In this document: in pieces, positions 1 to 10,060 of the stretch
Position numbering within the stretch: the first letter of the stretch is position 1
Layout of the letters: each line of letters opens with the position of its first letter
Source of the DNA: Nitrososphaera sp.
Lineage (GTDB): Archaea; Thermoproteota; Nitrososphaeria; Nitrososphaerales; Nitrososphaeraceae
DNA: 63,110 bases
Reading direction: 5' to 3'
NCBI GenBank assembly: GCA_036844865.1
Contig: DAIUEZ010000001.1
Coordinates: 1 to 63,110, forward strand
Made by a program: the position numbers and the translations under genes
Notes under the pieces: generated by a model
Told to the model about the DNA's origin: nothing
Seen by the model: only the letters and a program-made list of their open reading frames with translations
The model's database searches: none

Positions 1-1
1 G

Positions 2-292
2 AACCAACATTGTTGCTGTTACGACCTTGAATATTCTGTCAAAAAGTAAGGATCTGGTTCTTAGATCCGCGCTTGTTTGACTAACATATTTCAAAATAAT
101 GAATGATCCTACTGCTCCAACGATTATAGTTGATCCAAAAATTATTGCTCCTAAAAAATTATCATAAGGAAACATCTGTCTACTTCCTAGGTAATCAATT
201 ATAACGGCAACAATAATTGCTATTGCAGCAGCAATGACTGTTTTTCTCGATATAGGCGCTAAATCAGTCAATTTTGCTAAATGAGGGGGCAT
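2..292 (-). CDS. Membrane protein, partial (runs off the left edge)
   Basis: Hand translation from ATG at 292 gives MPPHLAKLTDLAPISRKTVIAAAIAIIVAVIIDYLGSRQMFPYDNFLGAIIFGSTIIVGAVGSFIILKY..., open to the window edge with at least 2 hydrophobic helices. Not in the ORF track. Confidence 0.7.
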   Translation of the reverse strand, partial: MPPHLAKLTDLAPISRKTVIAAAIAIIVAVIIDYLGSRQMFPYDNFLGAIIFGSTIIVGAVGSFIILKYVSQTSADLRTRSLLFDRIFKVVTATMLV

Positions 293-830
293 TTTTTATC
301 ACATCACTCTCAACGTGAGTATTATTAATTTATATGTTGTTCCTTCTTTTTCTCCATGAATTTTTTGTTTTATATTATATGCTCCAAAGATATTATGAAA
401 TATTGAAAGCTCTATGCATAATTTCCAATATGGCGGAATGCAACTTAATGTTACAAATTCCTGGTTATCATAAAAGAAGAGGTGAAGATATTTTCAGAGT
501 ATTTTTAAGGTAAAATCCACTTCTCGATGAGGAACAGGTCAAGTCGCCATCTGTGAACTCCTGTATGACATTGAAAAGAAATGAACTGAATGAAAGAGCT
601 AAGAGCATAAGCAAAGCATATTGTGAGGCAATTCAAAGCAAGTAGGAGAAGCTTGTGGCAACTATGAAGTGTATCTCTATTCCCTTCTCTATACAGATTG
701 TCGTATGTCTCTCTTTTTTCATGTAACTGGCTTATGATATTTTGTGGTGCTAAAGTTGCTAATGCAATAAAGGCTGCTGCATTTTAATAAAGTGGACAAT
801 ATTTTTTGCAGCCTTGTCTAAATTGGATTA

Positions 831-1043
831 ATGGATCATCATGTTGTTATGATGGAACAATGGCAAAAACAATGGATCTTAAACCTGATGAGCTCTTACA
901 ATGGCAATAGATTATTGACAGCAAAAAGAATGTCTGAAATTTCTAAAAAAGGAATACGAGAATGTTGGCAACTATTGGATGAAGCTGTACCAATGAGTAC
1001 TGTGGAACGAATAAGATACTGTTCGCTTGGAATAATGGATTGA
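831..1043 (+). CDS. Hypothetical small protein, possibly HTH-like or a remnant
   Basis: 70-aa ORF in AT-rich DNA; TAKRMSEISKKGIRECWQLLDE is loosely HTH-like. Weak support. Confidence 0.3.
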   Translation: MDHHVVMMEQWQKQWILNLMSSYNGNRLLTAKRMSEISKKGIRECWQLLDEAVPMSTVERIRYCSLGIMD

Positions 1044-1270
1044 TGTGTGTGGTGGTTTTGTATAAAACACAAAATCTTAGTCTTAGTCTCTAAAAACTAT
1101 TGCCAGACTATTCTCCACTTAAAATCGATATGCAGTTGAATATAAAATACAAACGTAGCTTAGAGTTGCAAGCAACAGTTGGCTAGATCTGTTAGTTTAA
1201 CCTCCTTAGGTCCGAAATACCGCAAATAATAATATTGTAATCTGATATCTTAACGCTCAAATATGTTATA

Positions 1271-2122
1271 GTGCTTATAAATCGAATGGAATCGTCGCCG
1301 GTAGCAAGCAAACTTGGTCAAGAAGAAATAATTTACCTTGACTGGAACAATGCCTTTGATATTCTAGAAAAAGCATACAGGTCAGGCCTCTTTGTTTTAA
1401 TTATTGGTCCAAAGGGCACCGGCAAGACTACCCTTGTAAGGAGATTCACTTCAGAAATGAAAAAGGAACTTGATTCTGTCAACTTTTCACTTCGCACGAG
1501 AGAGTCGCATCTAGTGGGATCAAGAACTCTCAGCAAGGGCGAAATAAACTTTGTTGAAGGCGTGCTAGTAAAGTCTATGCGCAATGGTACCCTGTTGTAT
1601 CTTGATGAGCTAAATGCGGCAGAGGCAGACGTGCTGCTTAGACTCGACGAAGCGCTAGATGACAGGCGGCAGCTAGTACTAAAAGAAGCAGAGGGCCAGG
1701 TTGTCAAAGCAGCGGATGACTGGTTTGTAATAGCCACGATTAATCCATTATCGCACGTTGGCACAAAAGAGCTACCACCGCAGCTCCTGAGTAGGTTTCC
1801 TGTGAGGATGAGGCTTGACTACCCGCCGGAAGATATCGAGCTTGACATTGTTAGCCGCCACGTGAAAATTGACGATTCAAAGGTCAGGGATGTAAAGCAC
1901 GCAATCCAGCTTGCCAAGAGCCTGCGCGAAGCAGCGGCAGTTGAAGAATTGTACTACAGTCCATCAATACGCGAAACAATAGCCTTTGCCAAGATGCTTA
2001 ACACTGGACTTTCTGGCAGGCAGACCGCCGAAGTTGTATATGCAAACACATACGACCAATGGGGCCAAGTCGAGTATCAGAAAGTGATGGATATGATAAC
2101 GTCGATCTTTGGCGATAGTTAA
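1271..2122 (+). CDS. MoxR/CbbQ/NirQ/NorQ-family AAA+ ATPase
   Basis: Walker A GPKGTGKT, Walker B LYLDELN, ATINP sensor, LLSRF arginine finger, SPSIRE C-terminal motif. Start may be ATG 1286. Confidence 0.9.
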   Translation: MLINRMESSPVASKLGQEEIIYLDWNNAFDILEKAYRSGLFVLIIGPKGTGKTTLVRRFTSEMKKELDSVNFSLRTRESHLVGSRTLSKGEINFVEGVLVKSMRNGTLLYLDELNAAEADVLLRLDEALDDRRQLVLKEAEGQVVKAADDWFVIATINPLSHVGTKELPPQLLSRFPVRMRLDYPPEDIELDIVSRHVKIDDSKVRDVKHAIQLAKSLREAAAVEELYYSPSIRETIAFAKMLNTGLSGRQTAEVVYANTYDQWGQVEYQKVMDMITSIFGDS

Positions 2123-3708
2123 TGGTCAAGATCGCAAGCCCTGTAATGCGAAACGATGTTTTGCTTGACATTGCGACTTTTCTTGCCAGAAGATGGTCTG
2201 GCAACGACAAGGTAGTGATAATTCTTATGCCCGACAAACCTCCAACTACCAAGCTGGACAAGAATCAGATCATTCTTTCTCTTCTCAACTATTATCCTGG
2301 CACCGACTTTCAGAAATATAGGCAGTGGCGTGTGGCCCTATGGTTTGAATCTATGAGGATGAAATACTCTTCTAAGGTGCTGAGCAGCGAGCATGCCTTT
2401 GGGTTTTTGCTCAACACACTTGAAACAAAGAGAATTGAGATCCTCGGCTTGCGAGAATGGGAAGGAATGGCCAATGAGCTGATATTCAACGAGGGTATTT
2501 CGTGGATGTCTCGCCAGCTTTTGAATTCGATATACGGCCGCTACAAAATAGCGGAGGCATTTTCACAATATTTTCTTACAGGTTATGTAAAAGGTGAGCT
2601 ATTTGGTGGCGAATTTGATAAGGTGAAAAGAGCAGCTGATTATGCAAATGAAATAGTAAAAGAAGCGATAGACAACAACTACGGCACTGCATGGATAGAA
2701 CAGCATATCCCAAAACTGATCAAGATACTTGAGCTTGACCCTTTGGTTTCGATCCCAATATTATCTCCAAGGACAAGGGTCGGTGCGTCACTTAACCAGA
2801 GCGACATGCTCAAGCAGGTGGAAAAGGTAGTGCATATGCGATACAAGAAAGATGATGACTTGCAGAAAAAGACTAAAGACATCTACGAAGGTCGCGATGT
2901 GCTTCAAGAATTCCAGGCTCTTATCACGGAGAGCAAAAAGACGGAGAGCAAGGGATATGAGTCATTGGAGAACTTTGGTCTAAGCGTACCAGAGAAGATG
3001 GACGTTGATGAGACACAGATCTATGACATTGACCTAATACAGAAGGTCAAGGCGGCATTTAGAGACTGGAAAACAGGATGGATCGAGCAGCACGATGAAT
3101 CTGGCGACGAGTTTGATGTGGAAACCTACGTTGAGGCTCTGCCGAAGACCTTCCTCGCTGACTTCAAACTCTCAATTAAGACCAAGGTTGTAATATTGCT
3201 TGATCACTCTAGCAGTATAGCTGATGTAGAGTTAGAATACAAGCAGGCGACAATCGCACTTTGTGAAGCGTTGCACTACCTTGGAATCAAGTTTGCTGTC
3301 TATGCGTTTAGCACAGACAAGCAGCAAGTAAAGTGTTGGGTCATCAAGCCGCCTAACATCAAGTGGTCAGTGGTGAGCGCTAGGCGTCTTGTCCAAATAA
3401 GAGCAAGTGGCGGCACACCCTTGGCAGAAGTCTACGGTCTGCTCATGCCTATACTCAAGTCGTTCAAGCCAGACATCTTTGTCACTCTAACAGACGGCGA
3501 ACCGTCAGACTTTGACGCAGTAAGACAGATGGTGCTCTCGTACAGGAAAATGGCCATCCATATGATGGCGATAGGGGTTGGCCGCAACCTACATGACTCT
3601 GTCGGCATAGGGCACAATTTAAAGTACCTCGACTACGAAAAGGCAATCTCTGTCAGCCGGTTACAAGATATTCCAAAGAAAGTGATCAAGCTGCTGCACA
3701 GCAGCTAG
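2122..3708 (+). CDS. VWA (MIDAS) domain protein, NorD/CbbO/CobT-like partner of the AAA+ ATPase
   Basis: C-terminal LLDHSSS (DxSxS), GGTPL and LTDGEP motifs; translationally coupled to the ATPase (TAATG). Confidence 0.88.
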   Translation: MVKIASPVMRNDVLLDIATFLARRWSGNDKVVIILMPDKPPTTKLDKNQIILSLLNYYPGTDFQKYRQWRVALWFESMRMKYSSKVLSSEHAFGFLLNTLETKRIEILGLREWEGMANELIFNEGISWMSRQLLNSIYGRYKIAEAFSQYFLTGYVKGELFGGEFDKVKRAADYANEIVKEAIDNNYGTAWIEQHIPKLIKILELDPLVSIPILSPRTRVGASLNQSDMLKQVEKVVHMRYKKDDDLQKKTKDIYEGRDVLQEFQALITESKKTESKGYESLENFGLSVPEKMDVDETQIYDIDLIQKVKAAFRDWKTGWIEQHDESGDEFDVETYVEALPKTFLADFKLSIKTKVVILLDHSSSIADVELEYKQATIALCEALHYLGIKFAVYAFSTDKQQVKCWVIKPPNIKWSVVSARRLVQIRASGGTPLAEVYGLLMPILKSFKPDIFVTLTDGEPSDFDAVRQMVLSYRKMAIHMMAIGVGRNLHDSVGIGHNLKYLDYEKAISVSRLQDIPKKVIKLLHSS

Positions 3709-4370
3709 ATGACTAGTTTGGGATTTTCCTTCTTAACCTTTTCCCAGTCACTCAGGAAAGCAGAAAGTCCCTTGTCTGTCAGTGGATGGGAAATCATTTT
3801 GCCAAGTATGTCGGGTGGAAGTGTCACAACCTGCGCGCCAATTTTGCCGGCTTCGATGACATGTAGAGGGTGTCGGATGCTTGCAACAAGCACATCTGTG
3901 TTAAACTGGTAATTCTTGAATATCTGCACTATTTCACTGATGATTGCCATGCCCTCATGGCCTGCATCATCAAGTCTACCAATAAATGGACTGACATAGG
4001 CAGCGCCGGCTTTGGCAGCAAGGATCGCTTGGTTTGCTGAAAATATCAGCGTTACGTTTGTCTCGATTCCTTCCTCTTTTAATTTCTTGACAACCTTCAA
4101 CCCATCTGGGATCATGGGAATCTTGACAATGACGTTCTGTCCGTATTTTTTGAGCCCGTGGGCCTCATTGAGCATTTCCTCCATTGTAGTTCCAATGACT
4201 TCAAGGCTCACCGGGCCCTTGACTATCTTGACTATCTCGCGCATGATCTCAGCGGGGTTGCCCTTCTCCTTTGAAAGCAGTGTAGGGTTCGTGGTGATGC
4301 CATCTACCAAGCCCATATCGCTGTACTTTTTTATCGATTCAATATTTGCAGTATCAAGAAAGATCTTCAT
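3705..4370 (-). CDS. tal: Transaldolase (TalC/FSA family)
   Basis: MKIFLDTAN, GITTNPTL, VKIP (Schiff-base Lys), YVSPFIGRLDD. Start moved to ATG 4370. Confidence 0.95.
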   Translation of the reverse strand: MKIFLDTANIESIKKYSDMGLVDGITTNPTLLSKEKGNPAEIMREIVKIVKGPVSLEVIGTTMEEMLNEAHGLKKYGQNVIVKIPMIPDGLKVVKKLKEEGIETNVTLIFSANQAILAAKAGAAYVSPFIGRLDDAGHEGMAIISEIVQIFKNYQFNTDVLVASIRHPLHVIEAGKIGAQVVTLPPDILGKMISHPLTDKGLSAFLSDWEKVKKENPKLVI

Positions 4371-4371
4371 G

Positions 4372-5343
4372 TTATTTTCTGCTCCTGCTTCTTGCTTCAA
4401 GCACCGCCTTTGCTATTTCAGTTGCAGTCAGACCATAGTGCTCCAAGAGCATATCGATTTCCTCATCACGTGCAGACTCGCCAAATACGTCGTGGATTCC
4501 TACGCGCTTGATGGGTACAGGGTAGGTTTCGCCAATAACTTCAGACACTACACCTCCAAGGCCTCCAACGACATTGTGCTCCTCGGCTGTGGCTATGGCA
4601 CCCGTCTCCTTGGCGCATCTAACTATTAAGCCATTATCGATAGGTTTTATTGAGAACATATCGACTACCCTGCAGGAAATACCTTTTCTTTTGAGCTCTT
4701 TTGCTGCTTCAAGTGCCCTGCTCACCATAAGGCCGCATCCAATTATTGTGGCGTCAGATCCATCCTCAAGAATGTTGCCTCTTCCAAGCTCAAACGCCGT
4801 TGATTGGTCTGCATAGATTATATCAGACGAGGGCCTTGCAAGGCGCATATAAAAGGGACCAGGGGTAGATGCTACCATCCTGATAAGATATTTGACAGCA
4901 ACTGCGTCAGCTGGTACTAGCACTCTCATATTAGGGATTGCTCTCATCTGTGCAATGTCTTCTATCTGCTGATGAGAAGCTCCATCTGGTCCCACCGTAA
5001 GCCCTGCGTGAGAGACAACTAGCTTGACATTAAGATAGGGGTAGCAGATTGTGTTGCGGATCTGGTCAATACACCTTCCAGGTATGAATGCAGCATAAGT
5101 GCTTGCAAATGCAATCTTGCCAGCTATTGCCAGACCAGCCGCCACTGAGACAATGTTGGCCTCTGCGATTCCGACGTTGAACATTCTCTCAGGATACTTG
5201 TCGCCAAACTTTTTCGTCTTAAGAGACTCAGTTGTGTCACCTCCAATACACACAATGCGAGGGTCATCTCTTCCAAGCTCCACTAGAGTGTCACCGTAGG
5301 CTCCTCTCATGTCTGCGGTTTTTTTCTCGCTAGCTAATAGCAT
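4372..5343 (-). CDS. tktC: Transketolase, C-terminal (pyrimidine-binding) subunit
   Basis: NVGIAEAN, GPDGASHQ and AEEHN motifs. Confidence 0.95.
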   Translation of the reverse strand: MLLASEKKTADMRGAYGDTLVELGRDDPRIVCIGGDTTESLKTKKFGDKYPERMFNVGIAEANIVSVAAGLAIAGKIAFASTYAAFIPGRCIDQIRNTICYPYLNVKLVVSHAGLTVGPDGASHQQIEDIAQMRAIPNMRVLVPADAVAVKYLIRMVASTPGPFYMRLARPSSDIIYADQSTAFELGRGNILEDGSDATIIGCGLMVSRALEAAKELKRKGISCRVVDMFSIKPIDNGLIVRCAKETGAIATAEEHNVVGGLGGVVSEVIGETYPVPIKRVGIHDVFGESARDEEIDMLLEHYGLTATEIAKAVLEARSRSRK

Positions 5344-6970
5344 GTAGCTCTTCCTCTATCCTAAGTTCATTTGCATAGGGAATCAATATATGTTTACGGG
5401 CTTTCATCCAGTCCGCCCTTATGTTAAGCTGTGTCGCGTGGTTAAGAAGCCTTCTCTCAAGTGCTACTTCCGCCTTGTGTCTGAGATGGATCACTGCGCC
5501 ATGAATGTCTCCGCCGCCATACACAGCAGCACCAGCAACAAATATTCTTGCACCAGCATCGTATGTTTGCTGTAGTGTCGTCGCATCTATGCCTCCGTCA
5601 GCTTCGATATATCCCCTAAAGCCATTATGCCTTAGTTGCTTGTTAAGTACTATCATTTTGGTCAATACTTCCGGCATGAATTTTTGGCCTGCAGAGCCGG
5701 GGTTAACGGACATAACAATGACAACATCAAGGTTATGCAGGCAGTGGTAGAGCCACTTCGGCACATCGGTGCCTGGATTAATTGCAATGCCGGGGCTGAT
5801 CCCATTGTCGATCAGTCTTTCCTGAATTTCTCTAAACTCATTTTCGGTGCATGCCTCTGCATGCACTGTAATGATATCACATCTTGCATCGATATAATCC
5901 TGTATGTTCCCAAGTGGGTTTTCTATCATCAAGTGGGTATCAAACGGCAGACTGGTTAGCCGCCTTAGCTTTTTGATAGTATCCGCAAAGAACGTAGTAT
6001 TTGGAACAAATTTGCCATCCATTACATCTAAATGGATCATATCTACTCCTTCGCGCTCGACTTTCCTTATTTTATCCTCATAGTTCTCACGCTCACCTGC
6101 TATTATTGATGGCGCGATTAGGCACTCACTTTCTAGCTCTTCCAATAGCACTTCAGTTTGCCTCTTCGGTGGTGCTTTTCCATGCCACTGGGGGTTGTTT
6201 GCCATATGACGTATACCGTTTCCTTTGACCGTATTGGCGATTATTATCACAGGCTTGTCATGCACCTGTCCTGCCTTGTTGAGAGCGTCCACTATTTGTT
6301 CGACTCTGTGACCGTCTACCTCAAAGACCTCCCAGTTAAATGCAGTCCACTTGTCCTTTATGGGATCAAGTGGCATAATGTCTTCGGTAAACCCGTCCTG
6401 CTGGATGCGGTTACGATCTAAAATGGCGACTAGGTTATCGAGCTTGAATTTACCCGCGGCCATAGAAGCCTCCCATATCTGACCCTCATTTGATTCTCCA
6501 TCACCAATCAATACAAATACTCTATTCTTCTTGCCATCTAGTTTTTTTGCAAGTGCAATGCCGACGCCGACTGAAAGCCCAATCCCTTCTGAACCTCCTG
6601 AGTATTCAATACCTGGTATGCTATGGCGCTTTTGATGCTCTGAGTACCTTACTGGGTGCCCTTGAAGGCGTGAACCAAGCTGGCGAAGTGTTCTGAGCTC
6701 CTCAGGCTGAAAGTAGCCTGCAACTGCAAGTGCCGAATAAAAGCCAGGTGCCGAATGTGCCTTTGAATTAATGAAAAAATCGCGCTCACACCAGTCTGGG
6801 TTTGATGGGTCGTGCCTCATCCTTCTGAAATATAAGGTGCCCATTATTTCAGCAGCAGAGAAGGAGGCGCCGGGATGGCCAGAACCAGCCTCAGTGATAC
6901 CTTGAATTGCCCACATACGCGCATCCCTGACCTTTCTCTTGAGATCAAGATAACGCATGTTAAAGCCCAT
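5330..6970 (-). CDS. Fusion of transketolase N-terminal subunit and ribulose-phosphate 3-epimerase
   Basis: N-half has GSGHPG, SKAH, LQGHP, GDGESNEG and WHGKAP. C-half has IAPSI, HLDVMDG, DTHLM, MSVNPG and EADGG. Likely start ATG 6970. Confidence 0.93.
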   Translation of the reverse strand: MGFNMRYLDLKRKVRDARMWAIQGITEAGSGHPGASFSAAEIMGTLYFRRMRHDPSNPDWCERDFFINSKAHSAPGFYSALAVAGYFQPEELRTLRQLGSRLQGHPVRYSEHQKRHSIPGIEYSGGSEGIGLSVGVGIALAKKLDGKKNRVFVLIGDGESNEGQIWEASMAAGKFKLDNLVAILDRNRIQQDGFTEDIMPLDPIKDKWTAFNWEVFEVDGHRVEQIVDALNKAGQVHDKPVIIIANTVKGNGIRHMANNPQWHGKAPPKRQTEVLLEELESECLIAPSIIAGERENYEDKIRKVEREGVDMIHLDVMDGKFVPNTTFFADTIKKLRRLTSLPFDTHLMIENPLGNIQDYIDARCDIITVHAEACTENEFREIQERLIDNGISPGIAINPGTDVPKWLYHCLHNLDVVIVMSVNPGSAGQKFMPEVLTKMIVLNKQLRHNGFRGYIEADGGIDATTLQQTYDAGARIFVAGAAVYGGGDIHGAVIHLRHKAEVALERRLLNHATQLNIRADWMKARKHILIPYANELRIEEELHAIS

Positions 6971-7093
6971 GCTGATCCCCCCATGTAAACGGCAATATAT
7001 GAAAAAGCTCAATGCAGCAAAATAAAAAGATATAGCTCGGCAATATCTATTCACTAAGATTTAAAAGCTCGACAATGTAGTTTTATATACATC

Positions 7094-7507
7094 GTGTCGT
7101 CATCTTTCAAACGACCACTACTTATTTATGATGACAAGTGCTATTCTTGCGCAAAGTTCGCCAAAGTGGCTAGCATACTTTCTCGCGGCTGGATAAGGAC
7201 AGCCGGTCACTACTATTCGCAGATAGGCAAGGAAACCAAGGAGGTGATCTTTCCTACTGACTATGATGCAACTAAAATGTTCTGGCTTATTAATAGTAGC
7301 GGCGCTTACGGCGCACGATCGGGCCTGCTGCCATTGGCAAAGGAGATTGTCGTAGGCATTTTAAGAGGAAACGGAAAGGTTAGCGATATTATTGCAGCAT
7401 GCGAATATGACAAGACCAACAATATGTCGTGCTACACGCTTACGGATGTATTAAAGAGAATTGCTGGCACACTCCGCAAGGGAATGACATTCAGGTTTAA
7501 CGCATAG
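7094..7507 (+). CDS. DCC1-like (DUF393) thiol-disulfide oxidoreductase
   Basis: N-terminal LLIYDDKCYSC matches DxxCxxC. Confidence 0.7.
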   Translation: MSSSFKRPLLIYDDKCYSCAKFAKVASILSRGWIRTAGHYYSQIGKETKEVIFPTDYDATKMFWLINSSGAYGARSGLLPLAKEIVVGILRGNGKVSDIIAACEYDKTNNMSCYTLTDVLKRIAGTLRKGMTFRFNA

Positions 7508-7812
7508 TAGTTGCTATTGCCCATTACAAACGCAGAAAATGTGTTTGGGGTAGACTATATCGTCGTCTTTGTGGCTTCGGCATAGAAGCGAGATTTTTAT
7601 CTGTTGTAATGAGTAGGTAACAACAAAGAATCCAGGCAGGTATATTCTGATTCTGACCTCTAACCCTCTACGTCCTTCTACCCGACAAATTTGAGAGCTA
7701 ATTTGGCAGAGCGCCGGTAAGTCAAATGGTAGAAGGCAACTTTGCATCGCTGCCTTATGCATTTATGCGATTATAAACTTAAAATAAAGTCAATACTGAA
7801 CTTTAGTATATT

Positions 7813-9318
7813 GTGGTACAGGTCAAAGTCGAGAAGGCCAAGATAGATCAAAAGCAGACTCCTCTTCTAGTGATAGGTGTATTTGAAGGTGAGCTAGACT
7901 TTCCACATTCAAAGGAGTTAGATTCAGCAGTCTTTTCTTCAATCAGAGAAACTCTGGAGAGCAAAGAGTTCCGTGGGACATTTGGCTCCTCAATAGTAAT
8001 TTATACTTTGGACAAGGGGCCAATGAAAAAGATAATGCTGCTTGGTCTTGGCAAGCGGGAAAAATTCACGGATGAAAGTGCGCGGATTTGTGCGGGCAAG
8101 GCAACACGGAAGGCTCAAGAGCTGGGAATAAAGGAATTTTCAATACTACAGTTCTCAAACCTTGATGAAGGGCTTGTTGAGGCCATGACAGAGGGAATCG
8201 CTCTTGCATTATACTCATTTGACAAATACAAGGAGACCAAGGAGCCGGCCACAAAAATTGAAGAGGTCGCAATATTGATCAATTCTGATTCTCTAAGATT
8301 TCAATCGGTTGCTGAGAAGGCAAACCTTGTAGCCGAAGCAGTAAACTTTGCACGCGACATAGGTAACCTACCGCCAAACGACTGCCCACCGGCGCATCTA
8401 GCAAGTATTGCGCTTTCACTAGCGCAAGATTACGGCATGAAGGTACGAATAATGGATCGTTATGAGCTTGAAAACATGGGGATGGGTGGTATTGTGGCAG
8501 TGGGCAAAGGAAGCAATAACCCTCCCAAGCTCATAGTCCTTGAATACGCCGGCGCAAGCGACCCTCGTCAAAGACCATATCTGCTGGTAGGCAAGGCGGT
8601 GACCTTTGACACTGGCGGAATTTCTATAAAACCTGGCGAGAAAATGGATGAAATGAAATTTGATAAATGTGGTGGCTGCACGGTTCTAGCCATTATGCGG
8701 GCAGTTGCTTCGATGAAGTTAGCAGTCAATGTTGTAGGCATTATCCCATCTGCTGAAAATATGCCATCTGCTACTTCGTACAGACCCGGCGATATCATCA
8801 GAATGTACAACGGCAAGTCAGTAGAAGTCCTCAACACAGATGCCGAGGGCCGCATGATTCTTGCCGACGCTCTAGCATATGGAATCGTCACACACAATCC
8901 AAAAGCTGTAATTGATTTAGCTACACTTACTGGTGCTGCTGTAATTGCACTTGGAGCCAATGTGGCCGCAATTGTGGGCAGTAATAAACAGTTGATAGAC
9001 AGGCTGCGCAAGCTATCTGATAAGACCGGGGAGAAGATGTGGGAGCTTCCGCTGTATGATGAATATCACGAGCAGATCAAGAGCACCTATGCAGATATCA
9101 AGAATATTGGAGGCAGGCCTGGTGGAGCGATCACTGCTGCAGCATTTCTATCTAACTTCATCAACGATGTTCCATGGGTGCATATTGATATTGCTGGCAC
9201 TGCCTGGATGCAAGAAGGAACCCATGAGAAAAGTTACAACCATAAAGGAGCTAGCGGCTTTGGAGTAAGAACGCTTGTCAAATTGCTAATGGAAGACGAA
9301 AAGCAGCTGCCCGCATAA
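7813..9318 (+). CDS. pepA: Leucyl aminopeptidase (M17)
   Basis: GKAVTFDTGG, MKFDKCG, NTDAEGR and HIDIAG motifs. Confidence 0.96.
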   Translation: MVQVKVEKAKIDQKQTPLLVIGVFEGELDFPHSKELDSAVFSSIRETLESKEFRGTFGSSIVIYTLDKGPMKKIMLLGLGKREKFTDESARICAGKATRKAQELGIKEFSILQFSNLDEGLVEAMTEGIALALYSFDKYKETKEPATKIEEVAILINSDSLRFQSVAEKANLVAEAVNFARDIGNLPPNDCPPAHLASIALSLAQDYGMKVRIMDRYELENMGMGGIVAVGKGSNNPPKLIVLEYAGASDPRQRPYLLVGKAVTFDTGGISIKPGEKMDEMKFDKCGGCTVLAIMRAVASMKLAVNVVGIIPSAENMPSATSYRPGDIIRMYNGKSVEVLNTDAEGRMILADALAYGIVTHNPKAVIDLATLTGAAVIALGANVAAIVGSNKQLIDRLRKLSDKTGEKMWELPLYDEYHEQIKSTYADIKNIGGRPGGAITAAAFLSNFINDVPWVHIDIAGTAWMQEGTHEKSYNHKGASGFGVRTLVKLLMEDEKQLPA

Positions 9319-9328
9319 TGGAGAATAT

Positions 9329-9904
9329 ATGCCCCTGTTCCCGCTAAGTGTCCTTGTGCAAGTCCTCGAAGAGCAGGGCTTTAGTTGCAGAATAGGTAAT
9401 ATGGAGCTGGATGTGCATCCTAAGAAAAGACCATACTTTGAGCGATGGCTTTCAAACAGGGACGGCTTTATCCGGCTAATGAGCGGCAGCATAGACTTTG
9501 TCGGCATAGAGGAAGTGATGCGCATGGGGCCCTTCTATGATGTGTACTGCCTTGTAGAAAATGATTTTATTGTAGATACCGACGACAATGCCCACAAGTT
9601 GCTCGATGCCGCACCGTATTACACGCTATCCGACGGCAAGGTAATAAACATGGGTTGGAGCGGTGGCGTGATCGCAAACATGCTAGCAAAAGATGTAGTA
9701 TTGTCAAAGGATTTTGCAAGAAACATAATGAAGGAGGAATTGAAAAGTATAACGATAAAAGCAGCGAACTATTGCTGCATCATAGAAACGCAGACATGGG
9801 AGCCGGCAGGCCTTGCGTCAGCCTTCTCTGCAATAGATCTGATAGGCTATAACGTCAGGCAATTAGTCAAGAGAATACACCTGGGAGACTATGCTGAAAA
9901 GTAG
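9329..9904 (+). CDS. Hypothetical protein
   Basis: 191-aa ORF directly after pepA with protein-like composition. Confidence 0.7.
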   Translation: MPLFPLSVLVQVLEEQGFSCRIGNMELDVHPKKRPYFERWLSNRDGFIRLMSGSIDFVGIEEVMRMGPFYDVYCLVENDFIVDTDDNAHKLLDAAPYYTLSDGKVINMGWSGGVIANMLAKDVVLSKDFARNIMKEELKSITIKAANYCCIIETQTWEPAGLASAFSAIDLIGYNVRQLVKRIHLGDYAEK

Positions 9905-9913
9905 TGGAAGAAG

Positions 9914-10029
9914 ATGCCAGCACTGCTGCTTCCCGACCGCTCTCGCAGATCAGTAACACAGCAGCGACAGCAGGTTTGACTTCCGGGTTCGGAATGGGAC
10001 CGGGTCGCACCCTGCCGCTATGACCGGCT
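9914..10029 (-). rRNA. rrf: 5S rRNA (stand-alone)
   Basis: Minus strand reads AGCCGGTCATAGCGGCAGGGTGCGACCCGGTCCCATTCCGAACCCGGAAGTCAAACC...GTGCTGGC. It has the 5S hallmark CCCATTCCGAAC and pairing termini. Ends are approximate. Confidence 0.95.
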
Positions 10030-10051
10030 TATCCTAATATTTGCCAAAGGG

Positions 10052-10060
10052 CTAATTTAA
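10052..10060 (-). promoter_or_regulatory. Putative TATA box of the 5S rRNA gene
   Basis: TTAAATTA on the minus strand, about 25-30 nt upstream of the 5S 5' end. Confidence 0.5.

Noticed and set aside
7514..7762. 82-aa minus-strand ORF
   Set aside because: No recognisable motif and atypical composition; probably intergenic or decayed.
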